Source of the DNA: a bacterium
GTDB lineage: Bacteria; Hinthialibacterota; Hinthialibacteria; Hinthialibacterales; Hinthialibacteraceae
DNA: 64,000 bases
Reading direction: 5' to 3'
Assembly (NCBI GenBank): GCA_963662285.2
Contig: CAXXMV010000003.1
Coordinates: 256,001-320,000, forward strand
Shown here: piece by piece, positions 27,616 to 36,843 of the stretch
Position numbering within the stretch: the stretch's first letter is position 1
Layout of the letters: each line of letters opens with the position of its first letter
Made by a program: the position numbers and the translations under genes
The notes under the pieces: generated by a model
The model's input: the letters and a program-made list of their open reading frames with translations, nothing else
Databases searched by the model: none
What the model was told of the DNA's origin: nothing

Positions 27616-29490
27616 GTGAATAACATGCTTAAGCTGAGTGGATTTGGCGATGAAATAGCTGAAGATTTTGAGGAGCAGTTGCGTGAGATGAGAAAGATGA
27701 ACCTCAATCACATAGCCCTGCGGAATCTTTGGGGAGTGAATGTAATTGATCTAAGCCCTGCGCAGAAGAAACGCGCCCGCGACCTGTTGCGTCAATACGG
27801 CATGGGGATATCAGAGATTGGTTCTCCACTTGGCAAAGTATCTATTAACAGCTCGTGGAAGAAGGAATGGGCCAGATATGAAAGCGCTATTGAAAAAGCT
27901 CATTATTTTAATTGTCCCCGCATTCGTATATTCTCGTTCTATTTCCCCAAGGGAGAACCTAGCGAGAAATACCGCGATCAGGTTGTTAAACGCTTAAAAG
28001 AGATGGCAGATCGCGCTGAAGCAGAAGGCATCATGCTGCTTCATGAAAATGAAGCTAATATATACGGTGAGACCGGCATCCATTGCAAAGACTTAGCTGA
28101 AGCTGTTGATTCACCAAATTTCAAACTTATCTTCGATCCAGCCAATTATCTACACAGTGGAACCAAGGCTTTTTCGCAATGGTTCCAGATGCAAGCGGAT
28201 CATGTGGTTCATTTGCATATCAAAGACATCACTTTTGATAAAGTCTTTAAGCCCGCGGGGCAGGGCGATAGCGAGATTCCTGAATTGATCGCGGAATTGG
28301 TCAAACGGGGATTCTCCGGTTACGCCACTATGGAACCGCATTTGCTGCAAGGCGGACAGTTCTTCGGTTTTACCGGACCGAAAAAGTTCGTCGAGGCGAC
28401 TGAAGCCTTTAGAAAAGTGTGTGATGACGCGGGAATGCCGCACCGTGAAGTGCGCATGGGCGTGGTGGGCATGGGCTTTATCGGCATGTTCCATTGCGAC
28501 AGTATGCAGGAAGTCCCAGAAGCGCATCTGGTTGCGGTAGGCGACAGCGTTAAGGCGCCCAACCTCAAAAAGGCGCAGGATAAATTTAATGTCATGGCTT
28601 ATGACAAAGTCAATGACCTGCTCAAAAGAAAAGATATCGACGCCATAACCATTGGTACGCCCAGCGGAATGCATGAACCGATTACTTCGCGTGCGGCGAA
28701 ATCCAAGAAACATGTTTTAACAGAGAAGCCCATCGAAGTTTCCCTTGAAAAAGCCGACAAGATGATCAAGGCGTGCCGCGATAATAAGGTGAAACTGGGC
28801 GTAATATCGCAACGCCGTTGGGATCCCGGCATGAAGGAACTCAAGGAAGCGCTTGAGCAGAACAAGTTGGGCGAGCTGATCTTGGGCGAGGCCTATATCA
28901 AATGGTACCGCTCGCAGGAATATTATGACAGCGGCGGCTGGCGTGGAACCATGAAACTGGATGGCGGCGGTTGTTTGATGAACCAATCTGTCCATCAGGT
29001 AGACTGTCTGCAATGGCTCATGGGTGATGTAGTAGAGATATACGCCCAGACCGCATTGAAAGCGCACAAGCGCATTGAAGTCGAAGATGTGGCTCAGGCA
29101 CTGCTGAAATTCAAGAACGGCGCCCAGGGAACCATAATCTCATCAACAGCATGCTACCCCGGTTTTGAAGAACGCATCGAAGTTCACGGAACCAAGGGAA
29201 CTATGGAACTCTACAAAAACTTGATCCGCACCCGCGAAATCATGGGAGAGAAGAAAGTTGAAGCCAAAGAGACTGCTGACCGCGGTTCCGGCGCAGCTGA
29301 CGCTCAGGCCATTTCCAATGAAGGTCATGTGGCGCAGATCAAGGATTTCTGTCAGGCCATTATCGAAGACCGGGAACCATTGATAACTGGTGCAGAAGGC
29401 CGCAAGCCTTTGGAAATTATATTGGCGGTATATGAATCGGCTAAAACCAAGAAACCGGTTAAATTACCGTTGAAGGTTAAGAAGAGTTAA
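27616..29490 (+). CDS. Fusion of sugar phosphate isomerase/epimerase TIM barrel and Gfo/Idh/MocA oxidoreductase
   Basis: N-half LSGFGDEI, HENE, FDPANY, HIKD, EPHL; C-half GMGFIG, EKP, DGGGCLMNQSVH, EVED. Confidence 0.9.
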   Translation: MNNMLKLSGFGDEIAEDFEEQLREMRKMNLNHIALRNLWGVNVIDLSPAQKKRARDLLRQYGMGISEIGSPLGKVSINSSWKKEWARYESAIEKAHYFNCPRIRIFSFYFPKGEPSEKYRDQVVKRLKEMADRAEAEGIMLLHENEANIYGETGIHCKDLAEAVDSPNFKLIFDPANYLHSGTKAFSQWFQMQADHVVHLHIKDITFDKVFKPAGQGDSEIPELIAELVKRGFSGYATMEPHLLQGGQFFGFTGPKKFVEATEAFRKVCDDAGMPHREVRMGVVGMGFIGMFHCDSMQEVPEAHLVAVGDSVKAPNLKKAQDKFNVMAYDKVNDLLKRKDIDAITIGTPSGMHEPITSRAAKSKKHVLTEKPIEVSLEKADKMIKACRDNKVKLGVISQRRWDPGMKELKEALEQNKLGELILGEAYIKWYRSQEYYDSGGWRGTMKLDGGGCLMNQSVHQVDCLQWLMGDVVEIYAQTALKAHKRIEVEDVAQALLKFKNGAQGTIISSTACYPGFEERIEVHGTKGTMELYKNLIRTREIMGEKKVEAKETADRGSGAADAQAISNEGHVAQIKDFCQAIIEDREPLITGAEGRKPLEIILAVYESAKTKKPVKLPLKVKKS

Positions 29491-29507
29491 GAGTGATATT
29501 CCAATTA

Positions 29508-29542
29508 CCCCATACCCTAGCCCTCTCCCGCAGGAGAGGGGA
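29508..29542 (-). repeat. CCCTCTCCC-type REP
   Basis: ccccataccctagccctctcccgcaggagagggga. Confidence 0.7.
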
Positions 29543-29581
29543 CTTGGTGATTCTCGAATTTTGATTATCAATGTATAATTG

Positions 29582-29612
29582 GAGGCCGTCATTAGTGGCG
29601 GCCTCTTGTTTT
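29582..29612 (+). terminator. Intrinsic terminator
   Basis: gaggccgtca-ttag-tggcggcctc followed by ttgtttt. Confidence 0.65.
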
Positions 29613-29644
29613 ATTGATCATGACAGGTTATTTATATGAAATTA

Positions 29645-29720
29645 TCCCCCCAAGATTGGAGGGAGTTAGAGGGGGGTTGTCTTCAACCCCCTCCTAACCT
29701 CCCCCAGGCTTGGGGGAGGA
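29645..29720. repeat. Inverted REP doublet (REPIN-like)
   Basis: cccccaagattggagggagttagagggggg...ccccctcctaacctcccccaggcttggggga. Confidence 0.75.
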
Positions 29721-29791
29721 ATCATTTCCATAGGCTAACCTGTTATGATTAATATTTCGATTACCCAATATTGATATACATTTCTTATAAC

Positions 29792-30895
29792 ATGAATCAG
29801 TCTTACCGGATTTTGCATATAGATACTGATAAGACCTGGCGCGGGGGACAGCAGCAGGCGGCTTCGCTTATCAAGCATCTTTACACAATGGGGCATGAGA
29901 ATATTCTCGCCTCGCCGCCTGACAGCGAACTGCTGAGAAGAATCCCCGATGCAATGTGCGCCAAGGTTCCCTTATCGATGCATAATGAGTTGGACATCAT
30001 GGCGGCGTTTAAGTTATCAGGGATAATTAAAAGCCAGAAGCCGGATTTAATTCACGCCCATTCGGGCCGGGCGCATACTATAGGTTTGATGGCTCGCATG
30101 TTGTCCGTTAAATCGATTCCCCTGATAGTTTCCCGGCGGGTGGATTTCCCAATAAAAATGGGATTGTTTTCAAGGTGGAAATATAATAAAGCGGATTACT
30201 ATATCCCTATTTCTAAAAAAATCGCATCACGTCTGGTCGATTATGGCATCTCTTCTGATCGAATGAAGGTGATTTATAGCGGGGTGGAGCCTGACCGTTT
30301 CAGGAATGTGGATAAGGAACATTTACGAGAGGAATTCTCTCTTGATGCAGACAGTATTATTATTGGCAATATCGCCTATTGCGACGCCCCCAAGTGTCAA
30401 AGAGACATTATCCATGCTGCGCCTATTGTATTGCAGAAGATTCCTAATGCTCAGTTTTTTATTGTGGGCGACGGGCCATTGCGAGAGGAATTGATTGAGA
30501 TGGCCAATGAGTTGGGCGTTGCAGATCGTATCCATTTTCCCGGTTTTCAGAGTAATATTGGCGACTACTTGAAACTTATCGATATTTTTCTGATGGTTTC
30601 AGAGGATGAAGGTTTGGGATCATCAATCCTGGATGCGCAATATTTCGGCTTGCCTGTGATAGCAACTCCGGTAGGAGGCATCCCCGAAATTGTGATTGAT
30701 GGAGAAACCGGGATACTGACTCCTGTTAATGATTATCAAAAACTGGCGGATAACATAATTGATCTGGCCAATTCTTCATATAAGAGACAACAGATCGGGG
30801 AATTGAGTAGAAGGAAAGTTTTAGATAGTTATACTACTGAAATAATGGCTCAGAATATATTGCAGACTTATCATGATGTTATGAAAAATTTTTAG
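29792..30895 (+). CDS. Glycosyltransferase family 4
   Basis: WRGGQQQ, SRRVDFP, EGLGSSILDA, GGIPEIV; start at MNQSY within ORF 29771-30895. Confidence 0.92.
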   Translation: MNQSYRILHIDTDKTWRGGQQQAASLIKHLYTMGHENILASPPDSELLRRIPDAMCAKVPLSMHNELDIMAAFKLSGIIKSQKPDLIHAHSGRAHTIGLMARMLSVKSIPLIVSRRVDFPIKMGLFSRWKYNKADYYIPISKKIASRLVDYGISSDRMKVIYSGVEPDRFRNVDKEHLREEFSLDADSIIIGNIAYCDAPKCQRDIIHAAPIVLQKIPNAQFFIVGDGPLREELIEMANELGVADRIHFPGFQSNIGDYLKLIDIFLMVSEDEGLGSSILDAQYFGLPVIATPVGGIPEIVIDGETGILTPVNDYQKLADNIIDLANSSYKRQQIGELSRRKVLDSYTTEIMAQNILQTYHDVMKNF

Positions 30896-30912
30896 TTAGA
30901 AAAAATAGCACG

Positions 30913-31635
30913 ATGAATGATGATAACAACCTTAATCCCAAAGAACTGGCTATTCCCGGATTCCATGCATTTATGGAAAAGTTCATTATTGAGCAATTCG
31001 GTGAGAACTATAAAGGGAAAGTGCTTGATGCCGGCGCCGGGCAAGGCGCCTTCTCGCAACGCTTAAAGAATCATGGTTACAACATTGCGGCCTGCGATCT
31101 CGATGACGCCCATTTTAAGTTGAAAGATATCGAGTTTAAGCAAGCCAATATCGCTGAACGCATACCCTGGGATGATAACGAATTCGACTTGATGCTGGCG
31201 CTGGAATTGACCGAGCATGTCGATGGAGTGATGGGATTCTTTGAAGAAATAAACCGGGTTCTCAAGCCTGGTGGATTTTTAATATTCACTACGCCCAATA
31301 TATTGTCATTGAAATCAAGGATTCAGTTTTTGCTGAGCGGTTTTTTCTATTCATTCAAACCGATTTCTGAAACTGAAACAGACGCCGCCGCCGACCATAT
31401 TACTCCACTGACGCTTGATTTATACGATTACCGGCTGCGGCAATGCGGTTTAAGCATAAAAACGGTTTCTACTGATAAAATTCAGCGTTCATCAAAAGGA
31501 TGGCTGCTGCTTTATCCACTTATAAAACTTTATTCATTATTGAAATATAAAAATAATCCAGCGGTGCAGAGGCAGAATAGTATGAATTGTCTGCTGGGTC
31601 GGAAACTGATCGTCCTCGCTCAGAAAACGGAATAA
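30913..31635 (+). CDS. Class I SAM-dependent methyltransferase
   Basis: VLDAGAGQG, RVLKPGG, TTPN. Confidence 0.9.
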   Translation: MNDDNNLNPKELAIPGFHAFMEKFIIEQFGENYKGKVLDAGAGQGAFSQRLKNHGYNIAACDLDDAHFKLKDIEFKQANIAERIPWDDNEFDLMLALELTEHVDGVMGFFEEINRVLKPGGFLIFTTPNILSLKSRIQFLLSGFFYSFKPISETETDAAADHITPLTLDLYDYRLRQCGLSIKTVSTDKIQRSSKGWLLLYPLIKLYSLLKYKNNPAVQRQNSMNCLLGRKLIVLAQKTE

Positions 31636-31636
31636 T

Positions 31637-32404
31637 CTATTTCTCACCAACAACAATAATGGTCCTCGCCGAGAGCGTTCCTATACGATTGATGTGATCC
31701 AATAACTTTTTGTTATCTGCATAAAAATCGGGATATTTGGATGAAATCTTCAATCGGTATTTTTGATAAAATAACTGGATTAGAGGATAGAACAGACAAG
31801 ACAGAAATAATCCTGATTTCTTAAGTCTGTCATAGTGGATATCAATATCTTGAAATCCGGCCCGATAGAAGGCATAGCCCAGGTAGTAGAGTGATATGGG
31901 GTGGATATGTCCGCCCAGCATGGTTGGATCGTTGGTTCGCAAGGGCAGGATGTTGAATAATAATCCGAAGCCGCTGGTAAAAGCGCGAATACGCGAGTTG
32001 ATATTCATGATGTTAGGCGTAGTGACGATTATCTTGCCCCCCGGTTTGACCACGCGGCGCAGTTCACGAATAAATTTGAACTGATCTTCCAGGTGCTCGA
32101 TGACTTCAATACTGGTCACGATATCGAACTGATTGTCATCATAGGGCAGGGGATTATGAAAATCCGCTGATTGGCACTCAATCTCATCATACTTGAATCC
32201 ATCCGGATTCAGATCGCAGGCGCATATATGGTCTTTGGGATTACGCTGCAATTGTTCTTTAATGTAATTGCCCAAAATAGAAACGAAGTATCCTTCTCCC
32301 GCGCCGACATCCAATACTTTTTTGTCTTGCAGGTCTTCTTGCGTAACGAGTGAATATACTTTTTGATTGGTTTGATTGATGGAAAGCGATTTGATTTGGT
32401 TCAT
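31637..32404 (-). CDS. Class I SAM-dependent methyltransferase
   Basis: VLDVGAGEG, EVIEHL, RVVKPGG, TTPN. Confidence 0.9.
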   Translation of the reverse strand: MNQIKSLSINQTNQKVYSLVTQEDLQDKKVLDVGAGEGYFVSILGNYIKEQLQRNPKDHICACDLNPDGFKYDEIECQSADFHNPLPYDDNQFDIVTSIEVIEHLEDQFKFIRELRRVVKPGGKIIVTTPNIMNINSRIRAFTSGFGLLFNILPLRTNDPTMLGGHIHPISLYYLGYAFYRAGFQDIDIHYDRLKKSGLFLSCLFYPLIQLFYQKYRLKISSKYPDFYADNKKLLDHINRIGTLSARTIIVVGEK

Positions 32405-32409
32405 AGTAG

Positions 32410-33183
32410 TTAATATTTTTTATTTTTATCAGGAGCAGATATGTTGTGATAATACCATAGTTTGAAATATTTGGTGAATACATAGAATGCTGACAAAACA
32501 CAGATCATTAAGCCCGGTAGACCATCCAGGAAACCCAAGCGGATGATATACATGTGGATAAAACGCCAGACCGGGCTAAATACTAATTTGATTATGCTGG
32601 ATTTTTTGTTTTTGCTGTAGAGAACCTTGGCGCCTTCAGTGGTGTACATCTGAAATTTTCTGAAATAGTCATCCAATGATCGATAGGTGATGTGGATGAT
32701 ATCCCCGGCAATCACGCCTGGCTTTTGATTCAGTATGACGTCGCCATGATGACCGCATTCTTCGATCCGGTTCCGGTCGCGATGAAAGAAGCGCACGATT
32801 CTATCATGACCCCAACTACCATGATTAATCTCATGACCAAAAAAATAATTCTTACGGGAAATAATATAGGCTTGGTTATCAGGATTATTATTAAGTAAAG
32901 TCTGGATATTTTCTTTTAACTCAGGAGATACTCTCTCATCCGCATCCAGTAGTAAAATCCATTTATTCTCAGCCTGGGGAATCGCCCAGTTGCGTTGGGA
33001 TGCATGGCTGCCGTATTCACGCTGAATGATTCGCGCTCCGAATTGCCGGGCTATGTCCAGCGTATTGTCGGTGGAGAATGAATCCACCACCAGAATTTCA
33101 TCGGCCCATGCGACGCTGGCCAGACAATCGCGCAGGTTATCCTCTTCGTTGAATGTGGGGATTAGAGCAGTTATTTTTTTCAT
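32410..33183 (-). CDS. Glycosyltransferase family 2 (LPS beta-1,4-glucosyltransferase-like)
   Basis: TFNEE, VDSFSTD, LDADE, GFLDG motifs. Confidence 0.9.
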   Translation of the reverse strand: MKKITALIPTFNEEDNLRDCLASVAWADEILVVDSFSTDNTLDIARQFGARIIQREYGSHASQRNWAIPQAENKWILLLDADERVSPELKENIQTLLNNNPDNQAYIISRKNYFFGHEINHGSWGHDRIVRFFHRDRNRIEECGHHGDVILNQKPGVIAGDIIHITYRSLDDYFRKFQMYTTEGAKVLYSKNKKSSIIKLVFSPVWRFIHMYIIRLGFLDGLPGLMICVLSAFYVFTKYFKLWYYHNISAPDKNKKY

Positions 33184-34109
33184 AATGATCGCAACGTTTT
33201 TGATGTTAATCTACGGCGCCAAAAACCTTTCAACCAGAAATAGGGCGCTTTGGGCAACTGAGTGCAATAAGCGCATAGCAGAGGATATATCTGGTTAATC
33301 AGGTCGCAGCGTTTATACCAGTCGAACTCATAGGGCGCGAAATTATTAACAAAGTATTTTAGGCCGAAACTTTTCAAGACGAACCGCAATCGTCCGCGAT
33401 GATATTTATAGTAATATGTAAAACTATTCTTTTTGGTTCCATAGGTTTCAAAATGATAAACTACTGATGAGGGTTGATAGAGTATCTTGTAACCCGCCTG
33501 ACGGGCGCGGTTGCTGAAATCAATATCTTCAAAATAAAGCGGAAAGCCTTCATCCAATAATCCCAGGCGGTCAAACACGCTCCTGCGAATGGCCACCGAG
33601 GCGCCGGTGAGGTATTCAACCTGCTGTGGTTTATCATAATCGCCATTATCAGGTTGGCCATACCCGCGATGCTGCGTTAATCCGTTAGGCTCCATAATAC
33701 CACCCGCAAATTGAATCAGCTCGCTATCGGGGAAAAGCAGCTTTGATCCGGCCAGTCCAACCTGGGGATCATTCAACATCGGTTTGATTAACTCTATGAG
33801 CCAACCCTTGCGGACTTCGGTGTCAACATTCAGCAGAACAATGACGTCGCCGCGGGCGACGCGGATGCCAAGGTTGCAGCCTTTGGGGAAACCGAAATTC
33901 TCTGAATTCTGCACGATGGTGATTCGATCCTGGTAGGAGAATGCCATAGCGACGGAGTTATCGCTGGACGCATTATCAACCAGCAGGATTTCTTTGGGCT
34001 GATAGTCATCGGCCAGAACTGAATCAAGGCAGCGGGAGATGAAACGTTCACCGTTGTAGTTAAGGATGATTACCGAAACCATAGGGCGGTTATTATTAGA
34101 GTCTTGCAT
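33180..34109 (-). CDS. Glycosyltransferase family 2 (WbbL-like)
   Basis: VIILNYN, VDNASSD, LLNVD, YFEDIDFS. Confidence 0.9.
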   Translation of the reverse strand: MQDSNNNRPMVSVIILNYNGERFISRCLDSVLADDYQPKEILLVDNASSDNSVAMAFSYQDRITIVQNSENFGFPKGCNLGIRVARGDVIVLLNVDTEVRKGWLIELIKPMLNDPQVGLAGSKLLFPDSELIQFAGGIMEPNGLTQHRGYGQPDNGDYDKPQQVEYLTGASVAIRRSVFDRLGLLDEGFPLYFEDIDFSNRARQAGYKILYQPSSVVYHFETYGTKKNSFTYYYKYHRGRLRFVLKSFGLKYFVNNFAPYEFDWYKRCDLINQIYPLLCAYCTQLPKAPYFWLKGFWRRRLTSKTLRSL

Positions 34110-34142
34110 TATAGATATAAACCTAAAACAGTAGTTGTTATC

Positions 34143-34281
34143 AACCCTCTCCTGACCTCTCCCAATCTTGGGAGAGGAATGTTCGCCCTGAGTATTTGGT
34201 TTAATTAAGTCTTAACAATACAACTACATACATCACTGAATCCCTCTCCCCCAAGTTGGGGGAGAATTCAAGAGGGGGTTG
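34143..34281. repeat. Pair of CCCTCTCCC/CCCCCAAG-type REPs
   Basis: aaccctctcctgacctctcccaatcttgggagaggaat (near-identical to 51711-51749) and ccctctcccccaagttgggggagaattcaagagggggtt. Confidence 0.75.
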
Positions 34282-34352
34282 TTTTCAAGAACCTTTTCCT
34301 AACCAAACAGCCTTTATTAGGATTAAATAAGGGTAGGGAACTTATAGTTTTC

Positions 34353-35429
34353 TCATGGCGCCGCAATTTTTTTAAGTTCGGAACTTTTATCTTCCAATTC
34401 ATCCATTTTGGTGAAGATCAGACGACCTGCAGAAGTTTGCAGAACCGATGCCACTGTTACATTTATCTTCTCTCCCAGCATGCGCTTGGCGTTTTCTACG
34501 ATGATCATGGTGCCATCTTCGAGGTATCCAACGCCTTGTCCCGGTTCTTTGCCTTCACGGATAACATGAACGTTAAGCACCTCTCCCGGAAGAACCACCG
34601 TTTTTAATGATTGGGCGAGAAGATTGATATTGAGTACGCTGATCTGTTCGATTTCAGCGACTTTATTCAGATTGAAATCTATCGTAAGAAGCGTTCCTGC
34701 GTATTTTTTGGTTAGTGCTAATAATTTTTTATCCACTTCTTGTAGATTAGGAAAATCTTCTTTAAGTATTTCAACTTCACAGTGAGATGCTTTCTGGAGT
34801 CGCTTGGAGATATCCAGGCCACGCCTTCCTTTGGCGCGTTTCATGGGATCATTGGAATCGGAAAGGGCTTGCAGCTCATTAATGACGAATGAAGGTATGA
34901 TTAATAAACCTTCGATGAATCCCGCTTCAGTAATTTCGGTTATTCTACCGTCTATCAATATACTGGTATCCAGAATTTTTGATCCATATAAACGGTCTTC
35001 TGATTGTATCAGGAAACTACTGGCGGAAAAATCGAAGCGATGCGCATTACGCAGAGCAATCGCCACCCCGAAATAGCCAAGAAAAAGATGTAGAAAGATG
35101 CGCGTTAAATCGAGCGATTCATCTGATAACCATCCAGGCAAGCCCATAACGATCAAGCTTGATGTGATTAAACCAAGAACCATACCCAGAACGCCAATAA
35201 GCAATTCCTGGGGAAAAGCTGACCTGATTTGACTTTCAATAATTACCAGGACGCAGGCGGCCAGCATAGCGAAAAAATCAAAATAAATTAAATCACCGTC
35301 TACAACGAATGGATTGATAATTTGCGCGGTTTTATGAGTAATAAGACCCACGAGTATCACGAATATTAATCGCACTACTCCTAAAAAAGGTATATCTCTT
35401 CCAATGTTTTTGGGTTCTTGTTTATTCAT
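34353..35429 (-). CDS. PIN/TRAM domain membrane protein (YacL-like)
   Basis: Four TM segments, LDTSILIDGRI, GRRGLD, DFNLNKVA, GKEPGQGVGYLEDGTMIIVE; follows radA. Confidence 0.92.
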   Translation of the reverse strand: MNKQEPKNIGRDIPFLGVVRLIFVILVGLITHKTAQIINPFVVDGDLIYFDFFAMLAACVLVIIESQIRSAFPQELLIGVLGMVLGLITSSLIVMGLPGWLSDESLDLTRIFLHLFLGYFGVAIALRNAHRFDFSASSFLIQSEDRLYGSKILDTSILIDGRITEITEAGFIEGLLIIPSFVINELQALSDSNDPMKRAKGRRGLDISKRLQKASHCEVEILKEDFPNLQEVDKKLLALTKKYAGTLLTIDFNLNKVAEIEQISVLNINLLAQSLKTVVLPGEVLNVHVIREGKEPGQGVGYLEDGTMIIVENAKRMLGEKINVTVASVLQTSAGRLIFTKMDELEDKSSELKKIAAP

Positions 35430-36805
35430 GATTCAAATAAAACCGTTTTTACCTGGTCTACCGTCTGGGCATAAGACAATCCATCTATAGAATTGCCTTG
35501 CCTTTGAATTTCGCGAGCATTGCCTTCGGGTATCATACCACCATGATAGCCCAGTTGTTTAGCTTCCCGAATACGATGTTCGGCGCCCCGTACAGCTCGG
35601 ATTTCACCTGATAAACCAATCTCTCCAAATAGAATGTACTGCGGTGGAAGCGGAATGTCAAAATAACTCGATAAAATTGCCGCGGAAATACCGAGATCCC
35701 CGGCTGGTTCAGATATAGTGATGCCTCCCGTTACATTGACGAAAATGTCGCGGGAGCCAAGGGGGATTTGCAACCTTTTTTCTAAAACCGCCAGTATCAT
35801 GGCCAGGCGGTTGGAATCGATCCCGGTGCAGGTGCGGCGGGGGAAGCCATGACCGTGAAAGGGCGCCACCAGCGCCTGGACCTCTATCAACATGGGGCGG
35901 TTACCCTCTAAAGTTATGGTTACCACTGATCCCGCCGGATGCCGTCCTGAACCGGCGAAGGTCGAACCGGGATTCTGGACTTCACGCAATCCCTGTTCGG
36001 ACATTTCGAAAAGTCCGATTTCATGGGTTGATCCAAAACGGTTTTTGGCGCCCCGTAATATACGGTAGTGCCGGTGTTGATCTCCTTCAAAATATAGTAC
36101 TACATCCACCAGATGCTCCATCATACGTGGTCCGGCGATATTGCCCTCTTTGGTGACATGGCCGACCAGAATGATAGGCGTAGCGGTTTCTTTGGCCAGT
36201 CTGACCAGAAGCGCAGTGCAATCACGTACCTGTCCGACGCTGCCTGGCGCGGAAGTCAGTTCCGACCATGATGTGGTTTGAATAGAATCAATAATGGCCA
36301 GAAAGGGCTGCATCTCCCGGATATCGGCTATCATGGCTTCAACTTGAGTTTCCGATTTTATGAACAGTTCGGGAGATTGCGCATTCAGGCGTTCGGCGCG
36401 CAATTTTATCTGTCCCGGCGACTCTTCTCCGCTAAGATAAAGTACGCGGCCATAGAGAGAGGCGATTTTGTCTGATGCTTGCAGCAGAAGAGTGGATTTA
36501 CCAATGCCCGGTTCGCCGCCCAACAGAATGGCTGCACCGGGTAGAATGCCGCCTCCTAAAACGCGATCCACCTCCGATATACCGGTTGAGTAGCGTTTTG
36601 ATTCCGATACGGATATTTCATTGATAGATTTTGGTTTTTGAACTTTGAGATTAGAAGATTTCAGAGTTAAGTCCCGATTAGAAACCGGACGTACAGTCTC
36701 TTCTACGGCGGTATTCCATTCTTCACATTGAGGGCAACGGCCAAACCATTTGGGTTGACTGTGTCCACAGGAAGAACATGCAAAAACTGATTTTGGTTTC
36801 GCCAT
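35426..36805 (-). CDS. radA: DNA repair protein RadA/Sms
   Basis: C4 zinc finger, GEPGIGKST, KNRFG, GEIGLSGEIR. Confidence 0.97.
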   Translation of the reverse strand: MAKPKSVFACSSCGHSQPKWFGRCPQCEEWNTAVEETVRPVSNRDLTLKSSNLKVQKPKSINEISVSESKRYSTGISEVDRVLGGGILPGAAILLGGEPGIGKSTLLLQASDKIASLYGRVLYLSGEESPGQIKLRAERLNAQSPELFIKSETQVEAMIADIREMQPFLAIIDSIQTTSWSELTSAPGSVGQVRDCTALLVRLAKETATPIILVGHVTKEGNIAGPRMMEHLVDVVLYFEGDQHRHYRILRGAKNRFGSTHEIGLFEMSEQGLREVQNPGSTFAGSGRHPAGSVVTITLEGNRPMLIEVQALVAPFHGHGFPRRTCTGIDSNRLAMILAVLEKRLQIPLGSRDIFVNVTGGITISEPAGDLGISAAILSSYFDIPLPPQYILFGEIGLSGEIRAVRGAEHRIREAKQLGYHGGMIPEGNAREIQRQGNSIDGLSYAQTVDQVKTVLFES

Positions 36806-36843
36806 AATTTAACAATAAGAGATTCTATAGAGCGATCATTACA

